Below, one piece after another: positions 36,877 through 50,534 of a DNA stretch of 64,000 nucleotides. The notes under the pieces were generated by a model, which ran no database searches, had not been told where the DNA came from, and saw only the letters and a program-made list of their open reading frames with translations. Source of the DNA: Vicugna vicugna (Eukaryota); the NCBI GenBank assembly GCA_013265495.1, contig MU058636.1:8138295-8202294 (forward strand), in the 5' to 3' direction. A program made the translations under genes and the position numbers. Within the stretch, counting starts at the first letter, position 1. Every line of letters begins with the position of its first letter.

Positions 36877-38619
36877 TCTGTAGGTTTTACATGGTGACAA
36901 TCATGCCTTCACTCACTCATTCAGAAAAATGTTTACTGCACACGAGGCGTGTGCAAGGCGAGGTGAGGATGGAGAAGACTGGCGTTTTCTCCAGCAGTCA
37001 AGTAACTACTTCAGCACTCAGTACAAGTGATCTTGAATGAGATTATAAATTGATAATGCAAGAATATACTTGTATTGAACTTGGATCTTCGTTTTGTCTT
37101 ATTAAATATTTAATGTTGCTGAAGAAGGTACAATCTTTCATAATAAACTGGATTACTAGAAGTTACTTCCTACAGGGTTTAAGGAAGAAGAGTTTATGGA
37201 ACATTTGAACTTATTAAAATTTTAGATCATAGCATCATTCTCACTTTTATTAGGTTAGGAGTAACGAATCATTCCTAAATCTGGACTCTCTCTCCTACTC
37301 TACTTAGAGTGGATTCGCAAGGTAAGGAATGTGCTACATCAAGGATCCAAGTAAAAAGAGTCAAAATATCCTGATTAGTAGTAAAAACACTGATGACTGG
37401 TGAAGACAAGTCAAAGAGTAATAAGTTCAAGGATGGTCTCAGAATAATGATAAGCAGTTCCTTAAATGTATCTTCAGATACAGAGTCGTTATAATCATGT
37501 AATACATTCTGAGCCTGAATACACATGAAGTTGCTGTCAGATTCTGCCTCAGGGTATTTCAACCCAAAGTCATTATAAATTTCATTTCTAGCAGAAGATT
37601 ACATGTATTCAGTTGGAAATAATCTTGCCTCTTATAAATAGACCAAAATAAGCCAAATTGGTACAGTCCCAGAGAAACTGAACTCAGTAATACATGTTTT
37701 TTTTTCAGCAGATTCTTCTGAAATACAATATGGTGTTAACCACTAAATTTCTTAAATGTCCAGAGCTTTCAGACAGGTTTTAACTTACGTGGTACTGCCT
37801 GAAGAGCTGTGGGGAGGATGACTTCCAGGTTGGTAGGAAAAAGTGCAGGAATTGAGTGATTAGTGCCCACTGTGTGTCAGGGGACAGAGTGGCAGCCTGT
37901 CCCGCTGGCCCCTCGGTACTAAGAGAGGGTGCACAGGTGTACATGGGTTAATTTTGATATGATTCTGTAGGTGAAGTGCAACCAAACAGCAGGAGTGAGG
38001 AGAATGATTTAGAGGAATGAATAACTTCAGTACTTTGCTAAATGAAATCATAAGCACAATATCGATCATTTCCTTTATTCCTCATTGAAACCTTGCTAAT
38101 GCATCCTTCTGGGCTGAGTACAAGTGCTGTCCTCTTCATGAAGTCTTCCTTGATAACCCCCGCTGAATGGCGATCTATTCTGAAGTGAACCACTCTAGCA
38201 GTTTATTTGTACTCCTTGGTGACAGTTTTCACATTCTGTCTTTTATTCGTTGTTTACATATCCTTCTTCCTGACTGTGATGGTGATGCTTTCTGGCATTT
38301 GCATAGTTTTGATAGCTTTAAAAATTTCCATATTTAAAAGTTTATTCACATTATCAGTTCCCACCTAGGCCTTATGAGTCAATAATCATTCCCATTTGAC
38401 TGATCGGAGGGATGCGAGGAGGTGCAATGGGTCAGTGGCAGAAGACTTGAGTTCTAGCTTCCACTTTATTACTCATCAGGCCACTCACACACGTGAAATT
38501 TTTGCTTTCTCTTCTGAAAAATAAGTAGGGGTGATGCAGGGCTGTGAAAGTCCATTGCATGTGGGATAATCAGATTTGATAACTTTCAATCACCATTAAG
38601 GTGGCATTAGTTTATCACC

Positions 38620-38748
38620 ATGGAGAGATTGTAATCTCCCTGAGGGTAGGAACTGTGTCCCTTTTTCATCCTTCTGTTTTCCAAACACTTATCACAGCAC
38701 CTAATGCACAATAGGTGCTCAATAAATATCAGTTAAATGTAAGAATAG
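38620..38748 (+). mobile_element. L2 3' end
   Basis: GATTGTAATCTCCCTGAGGGTAGGAACTGTGTC...ATAGGTGCTCAATAAATATC. Confidence 0.8.
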
Positions 38749-38750
38749 AA

Positions 38751-39079
38751 CAGGATCCTCCAGCTTTTTCTACAAAGGGCCAGTTAGTGAATGTTTTAGG
38801 CTTTGTGGGCCAGAAGGAGTCTGTTGCAACCACTCAATGCTGTTCTTGTAGTGCAAAAGCAGCCACAGACAATACATAAGTAATGGACATGGATGTGTTC
38901 AATAAAATTGTTTGTGGACACTGAAATTTGAATTTCGTATAATTTTTCATGTCATGAAATATTCTTTTTTAAATTTTTTCAATGATTTAGAAATGTAAAA
39001 GTCATTCTTAGCTCATAGGATATACAAAAACAGATGGTGGGCTGGATTTAACTTGTGGGCTGTAGTTTGCCAACCCATG
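38751..39079 (+). mobile_element. MER58B-like hAT-Charlie element
   Basis: CAGG...TTTTTCTACAAAGGGCCAG...AAAAGCAGCCACAGACAATAC...GGACACTGAAATTTGAATTTC...GGGCTGTAGTTTGCCAACCCATG. Confidence 0.88.
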
Positions 39080-39599
39080 GAGAAAATATGAGTATCGGTT
39101 ATATTAAAAAATTGGATTGTATTTTTTGATTTATCGTGGTAATTATGTGAGTATATTTTATATAATATTACTTTTGACTAAGACAAGACTATTTAATCAT
39201 TCACTGACATAATATTGTGAGGATAAGAATTGTAGTTAAAGGCAAAATTGAACGTGCTGGATTGCATTAAATATAACTTTATCTTTCTTGTATTATGGTA
39301 TGTAGATTTTCATCAAATTTGGATTTTTAACTCATTTCTGGATTCATTTAAAAGTATATTGGAAAAAAATTGAAAAGGAAAGTATTCACTGAGGAACGAT
39401 TGATGAGGCGATTAAAATGATGTAACCCACGTGGTGCTACAGAAAGTCACGAAACTGTGCAGACTTGGTCCACTGCAAATTCATGCTATGTAACCTCATT
39501 CGGGCTCTTAATGCTTCCTGTCAATAGAGAATGCAACAGTCTTTATTCTTTGCTTGTTAAATTCTTATTGCATTCCTCATAGCAGCTGTTTTCGATTTT

Positions 39600-41030
39600 C
39601 TACACGTTTTGACTTCCAATCCTGTGACATCTCCCTCACTCTAAGAGATGACCTTGCTCCTCCTGTACGTGTCATCCAACGTGAGCTCCGACAACTTTCC
39701 TCCCCCTGTCCTCAGATATCTCTGTTGTCACTCTTCCTTGATAATCTCATAATTCCTCTGTATCTTCACCTCTTTTTCTCTCTTCTCTATCGTAGAGGAA
39801 AATGTTCTTTTTTACTAAGTTGTCACTTGTCCTCTCTATACCATGTTTTTTCTTAACCTTTTTCATAAAATTCTTCAGTGAATGGTCTCCTCTGTTTCTT
39901 ACGTTAACATTTCTAGGCCTCTTTCTCTTCTTCCTACAGAACAGGGCACATTCAGCTTTTCTGCACTGATGTGACCTTCCAGCCAGCATCTCCTCTGATT
40001 AATCAAGCTTCTGTTCTCACTGGGAGGCAACCAAGCATATGATCCCCTCACCTCTGCTTGAAAACATAAAATTGAAAAAATCCATACAAAAAAGAACCAC
40101 TTCTTGAAACTTCTGCTTATTTAAGACTACTATTCAATCTCTTTTGTGGTCAAGCACAAAAGAATTGGTCTTAAAAGTATGGTCTATACTTGATGCCTCC
40201 ATGACTTGTTGCTTTTGTCCTTGCAACCTGCCTTTCTCCTCTGTTTTTCCAATCTGTTCTCAAGAATCACGAATGAGCTTCCAGGGGATAAATGTAGCAA
40301 CTTTATGTTAATGATCTTCTTTTACTTCCTTAGCCTTACACCTTGATAACTAATGTGCATTTCTTGGAAACTTTTATTCTTTATCTCCTGGAAAAGGACA
40401 TCCTTCTTACCCCAGATTCTTTTTAAAAAATGTTAAAATGTTTAAAAAATGTTAAAAAATTATTTTCCCTCCCTGTCAAAGATTGATGTTCTCCACAGTC
40501 ATATCCAAATCCCCGTCTTTTCTTTTCCTTTCCAGCCATATTCTATCCCATTACCTTTAAGGTGACGTTTTCACCTCTCTCTTGCCCTCTCTTTCATAAG
40601 CTCCGTTACTTCCTGGTCAGGGGTCTGGTGGACATTTCCATCTGGATATCTTATAAGCACCTCAAACTCATCATGCTTAAGAGTGAACTCATGATCTTTT
40701 CATTCAAATTATCTCTCACCTTCCTAGTTTATTTCATCATTTTTATAAAGTAGGCTCTATTTACTCAATAATGAAATCTTGGAGCCTCCTTGATTCATTC
40801 CTGTTTGTTGTCTCCCAGAGATAAACAGTCCCCAAGTCCTGACAAATTTACCTTTGGAATATTTCTGACACTTTTTCCTTTCTGTATTTTCCCATGGCTA
40901 CTACCTTAGGTTAGCCCTTAATCATCACATATGTAAGAAATTGGTGGTATTCTCTTTATTGGTCTCATTTCTTACACTTACCCCTCTCCAATGCATTTTG
41001 ACACTTTCCTAAATCTTTGACTGATGTTAC
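39600..41030 (+). mobile_element. L2 ORF-region remnant
   Basis: Pyrimidine-rich L2 body; GGACATTTCCATCTGGATATCTTATAAGCACCTCAAACTCATCATGCTTAAGAGTGAACTCATGATCTT. Confidence 0.65.
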
Positions 41031-41044
41031 TTTAAGTTCCATTC

Positions 41045-41290
41045 TAGTAGCAATTATGGAGCGCTTACTACGTGTTAAGCACAGTTTCAAGCAGTTTATA
41101 TGGATAGGCTTAATTAATTTTCACAAGACTCCTTTATGATAACTAATATTATCATTAAATGGTGGAGAACACTGAGCCGCATAGAGTTTAGGAACTCACT
41201 GAAGACACAGGTCAGGAGTCAAACCCCGGGATGTGGACGGACAGGGGAGAGGAGGCAGTGCCCAGGCTCGTAACCACTACACTATAATAC
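41045..41290 (-). mobile_element. MIR SINE
   Basis: GAGCGCTTACTACGTGTTAAGCACAG...AACACTGAGCCGCATAGAGTTTAGG...CTCGTAACCACTACACTATA. Confidence 0.75.
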
Positions 41291-43191
41291 CTCCTGTTAT
41301 GTGCCTGAGTAAAACTCAGACTCACTAACTTGGCTTTCAACTCTCTGACCTTCAACATCTTTTAACTTTTAGAAATATCTAACATGAAACCAGTGTGATG
41401 GCTCATCTGTCTTATTCATAATTCTTGTATGTATACACAGGGTGGGGGTCTGCATAGTTTTATTTACATTGTTTTCTTTAACCTCACCATGTTTCTTATC
41501 ACTTATATTTCACATATGGTATATTGGATGGCATTTTGAACACCGATGTTTATGTATTATCTCCTCTACTAGACTGCACTTTCTGTGTGCTTTACAGCTA
41601 TAGTAAGTAGCTGTAAAATAATTGAAATAGGTTGGATATACTTTCTGATTATTTTAAAAAAATGTAAAAATTCAACTGAAGAAAGGGGAAGAAACAGTAG
41701 CTTTCCCCCAAACCTGAAATGATCTCAGATTATGTCACATTTTCTGGTTTTTAGTTACTAATGAATCTCAAGTACTGTTACCACAAGAATGGAGATTTTC
41801 CCAGTAGTTCTGACTCAGAATAAATAGGAAGTACGCTACCAGAAATTTGGCTTGAAAGTCTGGTCTCATGAAACTTCTGGTCCCAGTGCTTGAGCTTTTT
41901 CATACCTCTTGCTAAATCATTTCAAGCGTGGTCATCATTTTCTATTACCTAACTGTTTGGGACTCTAGAATGTTAGTTCTAAAACCACATGCAAAATGGA
42001 TGGAAAACAAATGTTGCAAGACTAAAAGCTCCTGCAACCAAATCTCCCTGACAAATAGAGCTGTCAGGTTTGTGGGATGGTGTGGTTGCAGGGATACATA
42101 CGCACAGTAGTGTGAAGAAGAAACACCAAGCTAAAATGACGCAGGGCTGTATTTCCCTCTTGTACTTACTCCAAATGCAAGCTGCTCTTGTCTATGGAAA
42201 AGTGGTCGAGTTGGAGGATATGGTTATAGCAAAACAAATTTTGACTCAGTTTTTCCCTAAGTCTGAGGCTAGCCGAACAAAACCTTCTTTATCTTTATCT
42301 TTATCCTAGAAAATGTATATTGTTTTCTGATTTTATGTGAACCGCGAACTTCCTAAAATGAAATTCAGAATGAGAACATGAGCTACTAAGCTTGTGAAAG
42401 TCTAAGTTTGCTGATACTTATCAGTGTTTTAGTACCTAGCCAAACATTTGTCCTCTATCTCCTATGTGCATTCTTGAACAGTTTCTTGGTTTTTCTCCCA
42501 TTTTCAAGGTAGAATCAGCAAAATGGACAACTTTTACATTTCATGGTTTGTAATGGCAACACAGGCACCTTTTAGATTTCAGTGAATGCTTGTTGGCTAT
42601 GCCATTTGAAGAAGCACAGTGTCTGTAATACTGATCAGTGGAAGAACATATTGTCAGAGGAGAATGGGAACAGTCCCTCTTCCTATACATGGGATTCGAG
42701 ATCCTATTCTAGTGTTTGGATAATTCAGATGTTGTGTCCCATCCAAGGTGCTTTTACCTGGGTTCTGAATTTTTCCTGCAAACTCTTTTTCCATTTTGAT
42801 ATTCTATCAAGGATCCTAGGTTGGAAGGAATAATATGGAAAAAAAGAGTACATGTAAAGGAATTGGAAGCTCTCAGAGGATGGAAAGATGAACTTTTGGT
42901 GAAGATGGAGACTTTACAAATGAATGAACGCCAGGAGGAAGAAAGATGAGCGCTGATCGTGTACTCTGAAGTTATAGGTCAGTGTTTGATATAACTAGGT
43001 ATTTTGTATACTGAAAGGATAGTCAGCATTATACCTCCTAGGAAGATATTTCAAGCCAAATTTAAGCTCATAAATCTACACATCTCATAAAACTGCTTTA
43101 GGATTAGCCATTAGTTAATAGAACATGTCTCTGTCATCCACCAGCTTAAAAATAGCACCCTTCTTGGGAGCATACTCTGAAAAGGATTGAA

Positions 43192-43194
<3 letters not shown>

Positions 43195-43228
<34 letters not shown>
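43195..43228. repeat. Poly(A)34 tract with A-rich extension to ~43258
   Basis: Direct read. Confidence 0.95.
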
Positions 43229-43230
<2 letters not shown>

Positions 43231-43598
43231 AAAACAACAATAAAACAAAACCAAAAAACCCCTCCAATAATTCTTCAAATAAATTCTACAAGTCAACAGT
43301 ATGTTGACAAAGAAAACCTGCAAAACACCTATTTTTTTGTGTATTTTTTGCCCTATTTCTAAAATTGATATTTTTTTTCTAGACAGCTCAAAGGATCATA
43401 AAATGCAGTCTGTGTTTTAAATTAACTATGACTGAACTCAGCTGAAATAAATGCCTTCCAAATGAGGTATGTGCAGAACTCCCTTTAAATATTTAGAGAC
43501 ATAATAGCTTACTAGATATAATGCAGTGACCAGTGAAAATAAAGGCATTGTGTAAGTGTTTACAAAGATTTACATCTTCTACTTTAAAAGAGTTTCTA

Positions 43599-44864
43599 TT
43601 TTAAAAAATAAACTCAAAATGGATCAAAGACTTAAACATAAGACAAGATACAATAAACCTCCTAGAAGAAAACATAGGCAAAACATTATCTGACATACAT
43701 CTCAAAAATGTTCTCCTAGAACAGTCTACCCAAGCAATAGAAATAAAAGCAAGAATAAACAAATGGGACCTAATTAAACTTACAAACTTCTGCACAGCAA
43801 AGGAAATCATAAGTAAAACAAAAAGACAACCTACGGAATAGGAGAAAATTTTTGCAAATGAAACCAACAAAGGCTTAATCTCCAGAATATATAAGCAGCT
43901 CATATGACTTAACAAGAAAAAACCAAACAACCCAATCCAAAAATGGGCCAAAGACCTAAACAAGCAATTCTCCAAGGAAGACATACAAATGATCAATAGG
44001 AACATGAAAAAATGTTCAATATCACTAATTATCAGGGAAATGCAAATCAAAACTACAATGAGGTGTCACCTGACACCAGTCAGAATGGCCATCATTCAAA
44101 AATCCACAAATGACAAATGCTGGAGAGGCTGTGGAGAAAAGGGAACCCTCCTACACTGCTGGTGGGAATGCAGTTTGTTGCAGCCACTGTGGAAAACAGT
44201 ATGGAGATTCCTCAAAAGACTAGAAATAGACTTACCATATGACCCAGGAATCCCACTCCTGGACATATATCCAGAAGGAATCCTACTCCAAAATGACACC
44301 TGCATCCAAATGTTCTTAGCAGCACTATTTACAATAGCCAAGACATGGAAAAAACCTAAATGTCCATCAACAGATGACTGGATAAAGAAGAGGTGGTATA
44401 TTTATACAATGGAATACTATTCAGTCATAAAACCCACAACATAACGCCATTTGCAGCAACATGGGTGTTCCTGGAGAATGTCGTTGTAAGTGAAGTAAGC
44501 CAGAAAGAGAAAGAAATATACCATATGAGATCACTCATATGTGGAATCCAAACAAACAAACAAACAAACAAACCCATAAATACAAAACAGAAATGGACTC
44601 ATAGACATAGAATACAAACTTGTGGTTGCCAAGGGGGTGGGGGATGGGAAGGGACAGACTGGGATTTCAAAATGTAGAATAGATAAACGAGATTATACTG
44701 TATAGCACAGGAAGTATATACAAGATCTTATGGTAGCTCACAGAGAAAAAAATGTGACAATGAATATGTATATGTTCATGTGTAACTAAAAAATTGTGCT
44801 CTACACTGGAATTTGACACAACATTGTAAAATGATTATAAATCAATAAAAAATGTTAAAAAAAA
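43599..44864 (+). mobile_element. Young 5'-truncated L1 (ORF2 C-terminus plus 3' UTR), lineage-specific
   Basis: ORF 43989-44444 carries the ORF2 C-terminal Cys-rich motif ([19 protein letters not shown]); two upstream in-frame stops; G-rich 3' UTR, AATAAA and A tail; TSD TAAAAGAGTTTCTA (43585-43598)/TAAAAGGTTTTCTA (44865-44878). Confidence 0.95.
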
Positions 44865-45289
44865 TAAAAGGTTTTCTAGTTACAGCCACCTAGATGTCCA
44901 AAACTCATTCAAGGGTAGGGGATGCAGATATTTTGGTGGGGGGAGAAGTAACCACCAAGGTTCATTGTAGTGACCTTGAGGACTGGCTGGGGTTAGAAAA
45001 GACAAAGTTTGGGAACAGATTGTTCAAACGAGATGACTAAATCAGTTACAATCATGATTAAATTAGAGGGACAGTACTGTGGTCCAGAACAGAAGACTAA
45101 GCAAAATGTTGAGGATCTAGAGGTCAGAAATGGAACAGAAGGCAGGATCAAGTTGAGAATCCAGTGTAAGTCTGTGAACCAAGCTGGTAAGTCTGAGGTT
45201 GTTTCTTTTGGGTACCTGCTACACGACTTCTTCTTGGGTTGGTCTGGTTTACGAGACATGGGGCAAGACCAGAGAAATCATTAGTGATG

Positions 45290-45730
45290 AGAAAACTCTG
45301 AACATTTGTATTGAAGTCTGTGTGTGGACATATGCTTTCATTTTCCTTAGGTAATTACCTAGGAGTTGATTTGTTGGGTGTATGATAAGTATATATTTAA
45401 CTTTATAAGGAACTGCCACACTGTTTTCCAAAGTGGTTGTGCATTTTACATTCCCGTTAGCAGTGTATGAGGGTTCCAATTTTTCTTAGTATTATCAGTC
45501 TTTTAAAATTTTAGTCATTCTAGTGATTGTGTAGTGATATCTCATGGTGACTTATTCTGCATTTCTGTGATGTCTAATGATTTTGAGCATTTTGTCCTGT
45601 GCTTACTGGTTTTTATTACCTTTTAAAGTGGGCTATTCCAACCCTTTGTCCATTTAAAATGTATTTAAGTGTTCAAAACATTTAATTTAATAATCTAATG
45701 GGTTTTGAGTTCTTTATATTTCAGCAATAC
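45290..45730 (-). mobile_element. L1 (L1MB/MC-like) ORF2-end fragment
   Basis: GTGTGGACATATGCTTTCATTTTCCTTAGGTAATTACCTAGGAG...AACTGCCACACTGTTTTCCAAAGTGGTTGT. Confidence 0.85.
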
Positions 45731-46329
45731 GTAATTTGTTTCTAATTTAAAAGGGCTATTTTTCAGTTCAATTGAGATTGACAAATCCCTAATTTAATTC
45801 TACGGTTCCTGTACTTTTGCTTACATCTAAGCCAAGTGCAGCAGTTAGCCAGGTGGAAGATCTGTCATGAGGCAAGAAATTGCTATAAACTGCTTCTTGA
45901 TAATTGTTCTTTTTTCAGTTGTGAACTGACATAAATATTACATAGTAATATTATAAGAGAAATACGTCAGCCAATGAGTAGCTTGCACAAGCCGGTTCTT
46001 CCACATGGTTTGAACAATTCAGTGAATAATCTCATATAGCAAATAGAAAGGGAATTTAATTATAGAAAGTAGGTAGCACATAAGTTCCTGCAGTTACATT
46101 GGTAAAGGATGTAATGATATTGAAGTATATGTAAAAATGAGGGCACATAAGGCCTGGGGTAAGACTGATCTCTCCCAGTCACTTCAGAGTGCAAACTTAA
46201 GCCATTGCAGTGCCTCCGAATCTCATCACCAATTTCCAGATGCAGTGAATGCTTGATACTCATATTAGCTGTGTTCTATACAGTTGCTGTAAACATTGAA
46301 TTAGCCTCTAGGGGTATGTATATCTCACA

Positions 46330-46495
46330 TAGGGTGTAATCTTTGATCCTAAAAACAACTCATCCTAGTACAGAAGAGAAAATAAGATTCAGAAATGTTA
46401 ACTTACTGGCCTGAGGCTGCCCCACTGATAGGGGTTAGAGTTGGGATTCAAACCCCATCCAGCTGGCCCCAGAACTGAGCTTCCCCACTGCTCCT
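46330..46495 (-). mobile_element. MIR SINE
   Basis: TACAGAAGAGAAAATAAGATTCAGA...AGAGTTGGGATTCAAACCCCA. Confidence 0.6.
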
Positions 46496-46664
46496 ACCAT
46501 CTCCATCCTCTGGCCATCTCTGTTAGAGTGAAGCAAAATAGCGGAGTGTCACCTTTTTTGACCACAGCTGGGAACGAGTGCTTTGGACCACTCAAATTTT
46601 TTTTTTTCTGCTCCGAGCATGTCCATGAATTATCACAAAAGTGTTTTTGTGTGTGTGTGTGTGG

Positions 46665-46746
46665 TATTGATTTGGGGGTTATAAATTAATTTTAGAAAGT
46701 AGGTGAATTCAAAATTATGGAACCTGTGAATAGTGAGGATTGAATG
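46665..46746. mobile_element. Tigger-type terminal fragment (MER46C-like)
   Basis: ATTGATTTGGGGGTTATAAATTAATTTTAGAAAGTAGGTGAATTCAAAATTATGGAACCTGTGAATAGTGAGGATTGAATG. Confidence 0.6.
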
Positions 46747-48089
46747 TCTGAGAACATAAATCTGGGAGGGTCAGAGTCGGGGGAAAGTGGGTGACAGTAT
46801 GGTACCAGACATAGTCTTTGAACTTTTTTCACTGTCTTAAATTGGAGGCCAGTAAGATTCTTTGATCATTTTTAGATCTCTGGCTTATGTCCTGACTGTG
46901 TCTATATGGCTGGTTGACTTTTTGTGGATCAAAATGAGGCAATCCATTGGCTAACAGAGCCACAAAAACTGGGTCATATAAATGTCTAATCATTTACTTG
47001 TTCATAATATAGTCTCACATCTCAGATTAAGCAAATGCTGGTAGATTTGGTGAGTCATATTGATACAATTTGAATCACAAAGCATAGAAGAGTTTCACTA
47101 GCTATTATATCTTTGCTTTTCTCATTTCTTCACTTGAGGTCATCAAAGGTCTGTATAAGATGGTTCCAATTATTTCCATAGTTCAATTTGAAAAATGAGG
47201 TAATGACATTTGGCAGAAACAGTAAAGCTATACTAACTTCATAAAAGTGCTAACATTCAGAATATTATTCCAGACAACTTGGACCAAGGAAACAATTGGA
47301 AGAACTCAACAAATTACAAAATTGGCGCAGGTGAAATTTCTCAAGGTGGAAAATCATTTAGGTATAAAATCTATTACCTTAGATTGTCCCCTTTATTCTT
47401 GTACACCTCCCTTAATACTTTGGAAAAGAAAAGCATTTTGGAGTTAACCTTTTTCACTAAGTTTTGATTTTTTTTCTAGAATATGCTGGCTAATTTATTT
47501 TATAATGTAAATATTTTAATAACTTAGACTACTTGATAGCAAGAATTTGATGACTAATCTTTCTCTATCTTAATGTATTTTTGATTATATTTTGAGTAAG
47601 AGTTAATTTTGTCTGCCAATAAACATATATTTAAAAATAGACATATTTGCAATGTTTTGTAATAAGCTTATTCTTATATGGATTTGAAATGTATTCAACA
47701 TTTAATTTCTGGCTTGTTTCTGAAATCTGTGTAGTTTAAAATAAAATGCAGGTATTTAAAAAGTACCCGAGTTCTTATTTTGCTTACTGTACTGCAGTGT
47801 CCATTTGAATAGGACTACTTACCTAGGACTATTGACTACTGCCAACTCTGGAACTTTTGCTCACTATTTAAATAAAAATTATTATAGTAAGGGCTTTGAA
47901 GATACTTCTGCCCAACTTAATTACTAAACAATATGCGTTTGGGGAATAGAATGAATCAAGTGTTGAATAAATGAATGAATAAATGACTTTATTGGCTTGT
48001 TATTTTAAAAATGGAAGTACTTCTATGTCAGTGGAATCACGGGGAATAGAAGTGACTTTTTTTTACCTGCAGGTTGACTATTTAATAAC

Positions 48090-48900
48090 TTGACTTGATT
48101 TAATAAGCATTTATTTAGTATTTAAAGGGACATTTCTAGGCATTGGAGATCTGAACACTAATAATGCAGTGTCTTTGGCCTTTAAGGGCTTATAGTCCCA
48201 TGGGAGGACTGTACAAGCCACACTATACATTGTGGCAAGTGCTCTGTTAGTGTCACAAGGAAATATATCTGTTATGAGCTCTAGTAGCTGCTAAAAACAA
48301 AGTTTCACAGAGGAAAACTTCAAAAAATTCATGAGGCATAGAATGGGGAGATGGTATGTATGGGGGGAAAAGACACTTCAGACAAAGGTAGCAACAAAGA
48401 AAGCACAAAAGCATTAAAGTGTGTTTTGGATTATGGCATTACAGTCTCAACTAGTATCTGGGGAGGGGTTTGTGGAAGGTGAATTGTGAAAAAAAAAAAG
48501 CTGGGGTAAAAATGAAAGTGGTTTGATAGCCAAATTAAGAAATTTAGATTCATTCTGAGGCAACAAGAGGTCTTAGAAGGTCTTTAAGTGACATATTTGT
48601 GTTTTTAGTACATAATTCTCTTGATATTTTAAGGGATGGATTGGAAAGAGGAAGGGATGAGAACAAGGAGACCAATGAGGAGGCTGTTGCATTAGTCTCA
48701 GTAAAAGAGGATGAGGTCCTCAACTAGAGCTATTGGAGAGGACCACAGAGGAGGGACTAGATTGAAGAGATTTGTTTAGATAGACTCTGGGAACAAAGTC
48801 ACATGGTAATGAGGGAGTCTGAGGAACCAGGGAATGTTTCTGAAAAAGCATCTTTGATGGGATGGAGAGGAAAAAAGCCACTTGACTGAGTAAGGGCAAG
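48090..48900 (-). mobile_element. L2 LINE remnant
   Basis: TTTAATAAGCATTTATTTAG...CTAGGCATTGGAGAT...GAGACCAATGAGGAGGCTGTTGCATTAGTCTCAG. Confidence 0.75.
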
Positions 48901-49324
48901 AGGGGGAAGGAGATAGGTCTATTTTTAAAAATTTTGTTTGATGGAGAAAGAAGGAAAGAAATATCTTTCTATTTTTAAGAAATATAAGCTTTTTGTCATT
49001 GTTAAGATTGGGACCAAGAGCCCTTGGGGAGAGCATGATCAGAAGATACAGAGGAGAGAGACACCATGCATCTCTATTTGGTCACTTGTTAGCTATAGTT
49101 TGGTCCAGACTCTACAGAAGGAATGTGACAGTGTTTGAATGACAGTCTAGAATCAATTTGTGATTTGTTCATTTGGCACATATGCTTCTGCTTTATTTTA
49201 TCATGGACCACCTTGCTGTTGATTCTCATTTCTTATTTTCTCCTACCTAACTCTCTTCCCTAGTTTTGGCCTGCTCCACTTCCTCACCTATGACTTCTCT
49301 CCTTGAACTCTGATTAATATTCAT

Positions 49325-49750
49325 CTGTGATTATAGCTAGCTGAAAGAGAAAAAGGGAATTCATTAGAAGAGTACAGAGATGTTTTCCAGAACTCAAGGA
49401 CGGGAAGGGACTGGCTCTAGTTGCTTAAAGTCCCAGGAAGATCCTTACTTATAGACATTCTTCTTTCTCTCTCTTTGAAGAATGGATTCTCTGCTTTGCT
49501 GGAGAAAGGTAGAAAATGCCAGCCCACAGTACCCTTCTCTTCTCTGTGGTCTAGTTACATCAACAAGGACTAGCTTCTTTCTCTCAGCCCCAGATTGGAT
49601 CAGGTGCCCAAGCTTGCTCCAGCCAATAGTGGTCAGTGGAACGGTCCTGATGTGCAAGCGTGACTCATGGGAGATTGCTGTATGGACATGTCAGTTAAGA
49701 TTGTGAGAGGAAGTGCTGTGTTTAGAGTGTAGATGCTGGGCTGGCAACAC
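49325..49750 (-). mobile_element. Old MaLR LTR (MLT1-type), degraded
   Basis: AGCTAGCTGAAAGAGAAAAAGGGAATTCATTAGAAG...GGATCAGGTGCCCA...CCAATAGTGGTCAG...GATGCTGGGCTGGCAA. Confidence 0.45.
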
Positions 49751-50534
49751 TATGGCTCATGGACACACTGATAGAACTCCCATACCTAGCTATTAATTCC
49801 CATGTATGTAGACTGCTTAACATTAAAACATTAATAGTTATCTACATAAATATTTATGTGTACAATACATTTTATTAAGCAAATTGTATATTACATAACA
49901 TATTACTGTACAATATAATATATTGTTCATATAAAGCAGGAATATTTTTAGTAATAATAAAAGGATACTTCGCCTGCAAAGACCAGAACATACAGGAAAT
50001 TCCTCATCAAATGACTGAAAACCATTCTCAGACAGAACTTTTTATAATCCTGTCATCATTTAGTCTTCAAACAGCAGGGATCTTCTTCTGCTTATATATA
50101 AAACCATATGCTTTTATTGGAATAATGAGCTAAAACCAGAAATTCATTCCAACCTGTGATTCCAGGCTTTCCTATAACTAAAACATTGAAAATAAGCCTT
50201 TTATTTGACCACATGAACGTAAAGTAATACAGAAATGACTTCTGAGAGCTCCTCCTGCAGTGTGGTGTGGCCATGCTGCAAAGTTCCATTAAATAAATGA
50301 CTGATGTATCATTTTAAATTGTCACCTCAGAGTCCACAATAATTGCTGACATTTCATAAATTATCTTTTCTTACAAAATCTCATTCTGTTTTCTGTCACT
50401 TTCTACTAGAATGTGGACTCGAAATCAGTTCATTATTGTATCTGCCATCCTTTGAACAGTGCTCAGTATTCCTGAAAAATGTGTGAAGAGTTTTTGGGAA
50501 TAAAAAAAGTTTTGTTACAGGGATGTCATTCAAT

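Noticed and set aside
37300..37470. Possible CR1/L3 3' remnant
   Set aside because: Similarity too weak to support by eye
43601..44341. Minus-strand ORFs of 149 and 81 aa
   Set aside because: Antisense readings of L1 ORF2, a common spurious gene prediction
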